From: an uncultured Bacteroidales bacterium
GTDB taxonomy: Bacteria; Bacteroidota; Bacteroidia; Bacteroidales; UBA12077
NCBI GenBank assembly: GCA_964585385.1
Contig: CAZPDP010000001.1
Coordinates: forward strand, 123,839-187,838
Length of the DNA stretch: 64,000 nucleotides
Direction: 5' to 3'
In this document: positions 48,732 to 55,011 of the stretch, piece by piece
How positions within the stretch are numbered: position 1 is the first letter of the stretch
Layout: every line of letters begins with the position of its first letter
The notes under the pieces: model-generated
Told to the model about the DNA's origin: nothing
Seen by the model: the letters and a program-made list of their open reading frames with translations, nothing else
Databases searched by the model: none
Position numbers and translations under genes: made by a program

Positions 48732-49985
48732 ATGGCAATTGTAAAACCATTTAGAGGAATCCGGCCTCCTAAAGAAGATGCAGAGAAAGTGGCGAGTTTA
48801 CCTTATGATGTTATGAATACAGAAGAAGCCCGGGAAATGGCTAAGGGAAATGAAAAGTCATTTCTCCATATTACCCGTGCAGAGATAGATTTACCTGAAG
48901 GAACAGATGTTCACTCACAGCAGGTATATGATAAATCTAAGAGCAATTTCAAGGCTTTCATGGAAAAGGGTTGGCTTAAACAGGAAGATAAGCCCAAATT
49001 CTACATTTACGCCCAGACCATGAATAATAAAACACAGTATGGTATCGTGGGTGCTGCCGCTGTGGATGATTATCTAAACGGAATCATCAAGAAACACGAG
49101 TTGACAAGACCTGATAAGGAAGAAGACAGGATGAAGATTATACGGGAAAACAGTGCAGACCTGGAACCGGTATTTTTCACATATCCTGCTGTAAGTGAAA
49201 TTGATGAGATTGTAGAAAGTGTGGTTAAAAATAGTGATCCTGTATATGATTTTGTGGCAGATGATGGTTTCGGTCATCATTTTTGGGTTGTAGAAGATGA
49301 AGGAAAAAATCAAAAGATAGAAGAACTGTTCAAAGAAAAAGTGCCCTATACCTATGTAGCAGATGGGCATCACAGAACTGCTGCAGCTGCACTGGTGGGA
49401 AAAGAAAAGCGTGAAAATAACCCCGGTCATACCGGAAATGAGGCCTATAATTTCTTTATGGCAGTTCACTTTCCTGATAATCAGTTGCAAATTCTGGATT
49501 ACAACAGAGTGGTTAAAGACCTTAATGGTTACAGCCCCAATGAATTCATAGAAAAACTAAAAGAAAGTTTTGATGTTAAAGAGATGGGTTCGGAACCTTA
49601 TCGTCCGGAAAGACTACATAATTTTGGAATGTATCTGGAAGGCAAATGGTATTCTCTTACAGCAAAAGAGGGCGCTTATGATGATAATGATCCCATAGGA
49701 GTTCTGGATGTTACCATACTTACCAACCATGTACTCGAACCCCTGTTGGATATTCAGGACCTGAGAAGATCTAAAAGAATAGATTTTGTTGGAGGTATTC
49801 GTGGTTTGAAAGAATTGGAAAAAAGAGTGGATAGTGGTGAAATGAAAGTTGCTTTCGCGTTGCATCCGGTTTCGTTGAAGCAGTTAATAAATATTGCTGA
49901 TACCGGTAATATTATGCCGCCAAAAACCACCTGGTTTGAACCCAAATTACGAAGTGGATTGGTTGTTTATAAGTTTGAAGAATAG
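48732..49985 (+). CDS. DUF1015-family protein
   Basis: 417 aa. 'IVKPFRGIRP...VASLPYDV' N-terminus and 'YVADGHHR' motif as I recall for DUF1015 (COG4198). 30 nt after serA. Confidence 0.65.
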   Translation: MAIVKPFRGIRPPKEDAEKVASLPYDVMNTEEAREMAKGNEKSFLHITRAEIDLPEGTDVHSQQVYDKSKSNFKAFMEKGWLKQEDKPKFYIYAQTMNNKTQYGIVGAAAVDDYLNGIIKKHELTRPDKEEDRMKIIRENSADLEPVFFTYPAVSEIDEIVESVVKNSDPVYDFVADDGFGHHFWVVEDEGKNQKIEELFKEKVPYTYVADGHHRTAAAALVGKEKRENNPGHTGNEAYNFFMAVHFPDNQLQILDYNRVVKDLNGYSPNEFIEKLKESFDVKEMGSEPYRPERLHNFGMYLEGKWYSLTAKEGAYDDNDPIGVLDVTILTNHVLEPLLDIQDLRRSKRIDFVGGIRGLKELEKRVDSGEMKVAFALHPVSLKQLINIADTGNIMPPKTTWFEPKLRSGLVVYKFEE

Positions 49986-50005
49986 CATGAATTCATATTA
50001 AACAG

Positions 50006-50036
50006 AACCTCGGATATTTATCCGGGGTTTTTTTAT
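50006..50036 (+). terminator. Rho-independent terminator after the serC-serA-DUF1015 unit
   Basis: 9-bp stem AACCTCGGA / TCCGGGGTT (one G-U pair) followed by TTTTTTATT. Confidence 0.65.
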
Positions 50037-50068
50037 TAATTTTGAAGTATCAAAACGAATTTATAAAA

Positions 50069-50743
50069 ATGAGTGTCTCTGAGCATTTAAAATGGTTTAA
50101 AGAAGAAGAATTACCGGATGGTGTTGAACTTGTAGCTGTTTCAAAAACCAAACCTGTTGAAGACATCATGGAGGCCTACGACTCTGGGCATAAGGTTTTT
50201 GGAGAAAACAGAGTGCAGGAATTGGCTGAGAAATATGAAAAGTTACCCAAAGACATTCAATGGCATATGATTGGGCATTTGCAGTCCAATAAAGTAAAAT
50301 ATATTGCACCTTTTGTTCATTTGATTCAGGGGGTTGATAAACCTAAACTTGTAAAAGTTATCAATAAGGAGGGGAAAAAAAATAATCGCATTTTGGATAT
50401 ACTTTTGCAATTTCATATAGCTGATGAAGAAACAAAATTTGGTTTTGACTTTTCAGAGGCCCGTCAAATGATTGACTCAGATGAATTTAATCAATATGAA
50501 AATATCCGTATAAGAGGAGTAATGGGCATGGCTACGTTTACCGACGATATGGAAAAAGTGAGAAACGAGTTTAAAGAATTGGTAAATCTTTTTAATGAAT
50601 TGAAGCACCGCTATTTCTATAATAAACCCGAATTTTCTGAAATTTCTATGGGAATGACTAACGATTATAAAGTGGCTATTGAGGAAGGAGCTACTATACT
50701 TAGAATTGGCAGCTTAATTTTTGGGAAAAGAAATTATCACTAA
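50069..50743 (+). CDS. yggS: YggS-family pyridoxal-phosphate homeostasis protein
   Basis: 'LVAVSKTKP...GHKVFGENRVQE...WHMIGHLQSNK...SMGMTNDY' is the canonical YggS pattern. The ATG at 50069 is preferred over the TTG at 50042. Confidence 0.85.
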   Translation: MSVSEHLKWFKEEELPDGVELVAVSKTKPVEDIMEAYDSGHKVFGENRVQELAEKYEKLPKDIQWHMIGHLQSNKVKYIAPFVHLIQGVDKPKLVKVINKEGKKNNRILDILLQFHIADEETKFGFDFSEARQMIDSDEFNQYENIRIRGVMGMATFTDDMEKVRNEFKELVNLFNELKHRYFYNKPEFSEISMGMTNDYKVAIEEGATILRIGSLIFGKRNYH

Positions 50744-50773
50744 ATTTGCATTAGTAAAATTAATATACTTGTT

Positions 50774-51751
50774 ATGGTAAAGACAGAAACAAATTATTTA
50801 GGCCTTTCATTAAAAAATCCTGTTATTGTCAGCAGTTCCGGATTATCTAATTCGGTTGAAAAAATAAAGAAAATTGAAGAGTATGGTGCAGGTGCAGTAG
50901 TCCTTAAATCACTGTTCGAGGAACAGATCAATTATGATGCTGTTACACTGTCTAAAGGAACGGATTATCCTGAAGCTTCTGATTACGTTAACTATTATAT
51001 CAAGAATAACTCGGTTGAAAATTATTTGAAGTTGATCCGGCAAGCAAAAGAAGAGGTTTCAATACCTATTTTCGCCAGTATTAATTGTATTTCTTCAAAA
51101 GAATGGCTTGATTTTGCTACCAAGGTTGAAGAGGCAGGGGCTGACGGGCTGGAAATCAATGTTTTTGTTTTACCCTTGGACAAAAATGCCCGGGCAGAAA
51201 AGTACGAAAATATTTACTATGATCTGGCAGAAAAGCTGAAAAAGAAAATCTCGATTCCTTTTGCATTTAAACTTGGACCCAATTTTACCAACCTTGTTGG
51301 AATTGTAGAGCGCTTAAATGCTTTAGATGTACCTGGAGTCGTACTCTTTAACAGGTTTTATGAACCTGATATTGATATTGATAACCTTGATTTTACATCT
51401 GCCGAAGTATTTAGTTCACCTTCAGATATTCGCCATTCCTTGCGTTGGGTGGGTATCATATCCTCAAAAGTTGAAAAGATTGATATTGCAGCCAGCACAG
51501 GAGTGCATGATGGGAAAGGTGTTGTGAAACAATTACTGGCGGGTGCTGAAGCGGTACAAATATGTTCAACTCTTTATAAAAATGGCTTCGGTCAAATCAG
51601 GAATATTGTAGAAGAGTTAAAACAATGGATGAATAGACATTCCTTCGATTCTATTGATGAATTCAAAGGACAAATGAGCTATAAAAAGATTGAGAATCCT
51701 ATGATTTATGAGAGATCTCAATTTATGAGGTATTTTTCAAGCATTCAATAG
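50774..51751 (+). CDS. Dihydroorotate dehydrogenase-like (class 1 DHOD fold) protein
   Basis: 325 aa TIM-barrel pattern: 'LKNPVIVSSSGLS', 'GAGAVVLKS', 'ADGLEINV' and 'IAASTGVHDG'. Confidence 0.65.
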   Translation: MVKTETNYLGLSLKNPVIVSSSGLSNSVEKIKKIEEYGAGAVVLKSLFEEQINYDAVTLSKGTDYPEASDYVNYYIKNNSVENYLKLIRQAKEEVSIPIFASINCISSKEWLDFATKVEEAGADGLEINVFVLPLDKNARAEKYENIYYDLAEKLKKKISIPFAFKLGPNFTNLVGIVERLNALDVPGVVLFNRFYEPDIDIDNLDFTSAEVFSSPSDIRHSLRWVGIISSKVEKIDIAASTGVHDGKGVVKQLLAGAEAVQICSTLYKNGFGQIRNIVEELKQWMNRHSFDSIDEFKGQMSYKKIENPMIYERSQFMRYFSSIQ

Positions 51752-51775
51752 ATGTTTTATATATTGAGCAAATGA

Positions 51776-51839
51776 AAAGTCCGAAGTTGTTGAAAGCTTC
51801 GGACTTTCATGTTTATGGGAAACCGGGGTTTCCTTTTTT
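51776..51839. terminator. Two back-to-back hairpins between convergent genes (bidirectional termination)
   Basis: Hairpin 1 (51776-51807) has stem AAAGTCCGAAG / CTTCGGACTTT. Hairpin 2 (51818-51833) is GGAAACC-GG-GGTTTCC followed by TTTTTTG on the + strand. Confidence 0.55.
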
Positions 51840-51840
51840 G

Positions 51841-52275
51841 TTATTGTTTATTTTTCTTAAGATTTTCGGCTTTAAAAACAGGTAGAAAAGCTTTATGCAG
51901 AAAAGTACCTTTAAATTCCGAATACATTATTCCCCGTGTTGTAGATATGGAAATTGAATTGATTTCGTCTAGAAAACTATTCGGGAATTTTACATTGTTT
52001 TCAGAATCAACTAGTTGTTGAATATTTTGCACTTCCAGAATACAACTTGTCTGCATCATAGCCATTTGTACACTCTTATCCTGGTTCATTACGTTTATGG
52101 TGGTAATTACAAAAACCAGTTGCTTTTCTGTATTTACCCTGTGCTGTAGTTTTAAGTCAAAATGAAATGTACTTAAATCAACGTTGTCCTGCTGGGGATG
52201 TTTCATTTCCATGTTAAGCAATTCAACTGCACTTAATTTATAGCTTACTGCCTGTTGTTCTTGATTTTCATTCAT
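51841..52275 (-). CDS. Hypothetical protein with SecB-like sequence pattern
   Basis: 144 aa. By-eye block similarity to E. coli SecB: 'FHFDLKLQHRV...LVFVITTINV' resembles 'VKLDLDT...YEVVLRVTV'. The C-terminal '...TRGIMYSEFKGTFLHKAFLPVFKAENL' resembles '[28 protein letters not shown]'. Confidence 0.3.
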   Translation of the reverse strand: MNENQEQQAVSYKLSAVELLNMEMKHPQQDNVDLSTFHFDLKLQHRVNTEKQLVFVITTINVMNQDKSVQMAMMQTSCILEVQNIQQLVDSENNVKFPNSFLDEINSISISTTRGIMYSEFKGTFLHKAFLPVFKAENLKKNKQ

Positions 52276-52476
52276 AATGTCTGCTTTAATAAATTAATTT
52301 TCATCATTTATAGGGTACTAAGGTATTAAAAGAAAAAAGACTGGCAAAATGGTTATATTTTTACCTTTTCAGCCAGTGTCCAGATATAAATTAAGTTGGT
52401 TATATTCTAAACCCTTTGTGCAAAACAGAATTTTGATGCAGGGAGTGAAGCAGTCAGAGACTTCCTTGTCTTCAAA

Positions 52477-52878
52477 GTGACAGGAGGGGTAATTATGGGT
52501 AGTATCCTGTTTTATTATGCGCGAAAACTAAAATACCAAAATCTTCTTTATACCACATCATTTATTGCTCTTTTGATACCAATCTATGTTTTTGTTTTCC
52601 CAGGGCATGATGTATTTTTTCTGACCTTTTTGGCTGGTGGAGTAGTTTATACCCTGCATAAAGTTTCAATAGACGGGGTTTTGCTTGAAGTTTCCACAAA
52701 CGAAAACCGGGCATTATATACAGGCCTGTCCGGCGCAGGAAGCCTATTACCAGCTATTTTCCCTTTAGTGGGAGGCTGGATTATTGACCAGTTTGGTTTT
52801 TCGGTATTCTTTAACATTTTTATATTTTTGATTTTGTTATCAATCTATTTCATCTATAAATTAAATTGCAGAAAATGA
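52477..52878 (+). pseudogene. 3' remnant of an MFS-type transporter gene (last ~4 TM helices)
   Basis: 133 codons from a GTG. The frame is closed by TAA at 52408-52410 only 22 codons upstream. 'NRALYTGLSGAGSLLPAIFPLVGGWIIDQFGF' resembles the TM10-12 region of MFS proteins, which normally span ~400 aa. Confidence 0.4.
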
Positions 52879-53285
52879 AAGTATTATTGATTTATTGCAA
52901 CCATTTTGAATATAAGCCTACAGTAAAAACACTGGAAAGCGCTGTAGAGATAAAAAATGGAAAGGCTTTTGATAATGCCCAGGCAGCCTTTATTCAGGTG
53001 GAAAAAGAGGATGCAGAAAATGAAAAATCTGTTAAACGGAATTTACGAAACCTGCTGAAATGGATACATCGAAAAAATAATCCCGATCATATCATTTTAC
53101 ACTCCTTTGCCCATCTTTCAAATAGCAAGGCTGATCCGGATTATACCAAAAAGTTCCTTGATATGATTGACGAATGGCTTTCAGAAAGAGGCTACTCTGT
53201 AGCTCAGACTCCTTATGGATATTTTCTGGATTTGAAGATGGAAGCAGCTGGATTTTCTTTGGCCAGGGTATTTAAAGAGTTTTGA
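52875..53285 (+). CDS. Free-standing archaeal-type ThrRS editing domain / DTD2-like tRNA deacylase fold protein
   Basis: 136 aa from the ATG at 52875. 'MKVLLIYCNHFEY', 'AFIQVEKED', 'ILHSFAHLS', 'ERGYSV..TPYGYF' track my memory of the Pyrococcus abyssi ThrRS N-terminal editing domain ('MRVLLIHSDYIEY','AFISVEKVD','VYPFAHLS','ERGFNV..APFGYY'). Confidence 0.55.
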   Translation: MKVLLIYCNHFEYKPTVKTLESAVEIKNGKAFDNAQAAFIQVEKEDAENEKSVKRNLRNLLKWIHRKNNPDHIILHSFAHLSNSKADPDYTKKFLDMIDEWLSERGYSVAQTPYGYFLDLKMEAAGFSLARVFKEF

Positions 53286-54096
53286 CAGAAGAACCTTTTG
53301 TTTTATAAAATATTCTTTCATGACGGTCCTGGATCTCAATCTCCGGCGGTAATGCATCCATCTTTTCGTTTTTTCCCAGCACCAGGTAAGCCCCTGGGTA
53401 CATTTTTTCTGCAATATCTCTGAATACTTTTTTTTGCAATTCATAGTCGAAATAGGTGGCTACCAGGTTTCTGCATAAGATAAGGTCAAATGTTCCTCCT
53501 GGTTTGTTGTATCTTATATCTTGTTCTAAAAAAGTGACGGGTTTTTTAAATTGACTCTTAAGGCAAAACTCGCCCTCCTTGTTGATAAAGCAATTTTTTT
53601 TCCAGTTATCAGGTAGTTCTTTTATTGTAGAAGCTGCATAGCAACCATTCCTGGCCCTGTTTAACATAACGGGATTGGCATCTGTAGCGATAATCTCTAT
53701 TTCTTTCAAAGGACTGATAGTTTTCACTAAATTGAAGAAAGTCAGGGTAAGGGAATAAGGTTCTTCTCCAGAGGCACAGCCGGCTGACCAACATCTGACA
53801 GTATCTTTCTTGTGGAATAGCACAGGCATTATTTCCAGACCAATTTTGTCAAATAGTTTATAATTTCTATAAAACCTGGATATGGTAATTCTGCAAAACT
53901 TGTCCAGGACCTTCCACTCCTCCGGGTGGTTAAAAAGATATTTCCGGTAATCTTCTGGGTTTTGCAGTTCCAATTCCCGTATTCTTTTATTAATTCTTTT
54001 ACATACCTGTTTCCTGACCTTACGAAAACCCCTCCATCTCATTTGTAGTTTGGGCAGTGCCCATTGCAAGAAATTTACGCATTCGTGGTCTTTCAT
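53272..54096 (-). CDS. CheR-type SAM-dependent protein-glutamate O-methyltransferase (orphan)
   Basis: 274 aa. 'TISRFYRN' and 'VRCWSAGCASGEEPYSL' (SAM motif I of CheR), then 'FDLILCRNL'. Its 3' end overlaps the convergent gene by 14 nt. Confidence 0.8.
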   Translation of the reverse strand: MKDHECVNFLQWALPKLQMRWRGFRKVRKQVCKRINKRIRELELQNPEDYRKYLFNHPEEWKVLDKFCRITISRFYRNYKLFDKIGLEIMPVLFHKKDTVRCWSAGCASGEEPYSLTLTFFNLVKTISPLKEIEIIATDANPVMLNRARNGCYAASTIKELPDNWKKNCFINKEGEFCLKSQFKKPVTFLEQDIRYNKPGGTFDLILCRNLVATYFDYELQKKVFRDIAEKMYPGAYLVLGKNEKMDALPPEIEIQDRHERIFYKTKGSSVKTL

Positions 54097-54185
54097 AAAT
54101 TATTGATTGTATGAATTCTAGCTGCACTATAAAGTTTTTATTATCAATGCTTTAATATCTGGTGCTTCCTGCTCATCTTTGACCT

Positions 54186-54248
54186 GACTTCCTGCTCCCT
54201 GCTTCTTACTCCTTACTTCCTACTTCTTACTTCCTACTTCCTACTCCT
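54186..54248. repeat. Nine tandem heptamers T(A/G)CT(T/C)C(C/T)
   Basis: GACTTCC TGCTCCC TGCTTCT TACTCCT TACTTCC TACTTCT TACTTCC TACTTCC TACTCCT read directly. Strong pyrimidine/purine strand asymmetry. Confidence 0.9.
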
Positions 54249-54273
54249 CATACCCTGACAACCTAAAGAGAAT

Positions 54274-54690
54274 CTAAACCGAGGGCGGCTTCCTTTTTGA
54301 CTTCTTTTCGCTGTGTTTCTTTTTTTCCTGCAATCTTTTTTCTTTTGATGCTTTAGATGGCTTTGTCTTTTTTCTTTTTTTAGGTTTTTTCAGAGCCTTT
54401 TCCAAAATTTGGTAAAATTTTTCTATAGCTTCCTCTTTATTACGGATTTGTGATCTCTTACTTTCTGCTGTAATAATCAGCTCATTATCCTTTGTCAGCT
54501 TATTGGATAATTTCGTCTGTATTCTGCCTTTCTCTTCTTCTGTAAGTAGCTCAGAATCATTTATATTGAAACGTAATTCAACACTGGTCTCCGTTTTATT
54601 AGCATGTTGCCCTCCCGGACCACCACTGCGGCTGGTATTGAATGTTATCTCTTTTTCCAGAGACCTGTTTCTGATATTGCTATTTGACAT
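54274..54690 (-). CDS. arfB: Alternative ribosome-rescue factor ArfB (peptidyl-tRNA hydrolase, class I RF-like)
   Basis: 138 aa with a 'SGGPGGQHANKTET' GGQ motif and a Lys/Arg-rich C-terminal tail. Confidence 0.85.
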   Translation of the reverse strand: MSNSNIRNRSLEKEITFNTSRSGGPGGQHANKTETSVELRFNINDSELLTEEEKGRIQTKLSNKLTKDNELIITAESKRSQIRNKEEAIEKFYQILEKALKKPKKRKKTKPSKASKEKRLQEKKKHSEKKSKRKPPSV

Positions 54691-55011
54691 ATAATCAGTT
54701 ATATCTAATGTGATTGTAAATGAATAAATTAACTAATATTTCCTGAAATAAAAAACATCCTGGGGTTAAATTTCAGGATTCTTAAAACCAAACAGATTTT
54801 GAAAGAAATCTTACAGTTTCTATTGTGTTGATTTTTAAGGGTTTGATATTTTTGATTCATTTGGGCTTCGATCTGATCGAGTTGGATTCTTATTGCCTGC
54901 TTTATTGATAAAAATGTTTTTCAATGTTGAAAACTTTTTTGCTTTTTATAGAAGTCGCTTGTTAGCATTATTTAATTTAGTTGACCATTTACTAATTTCA
55001 AATATTCCGTT

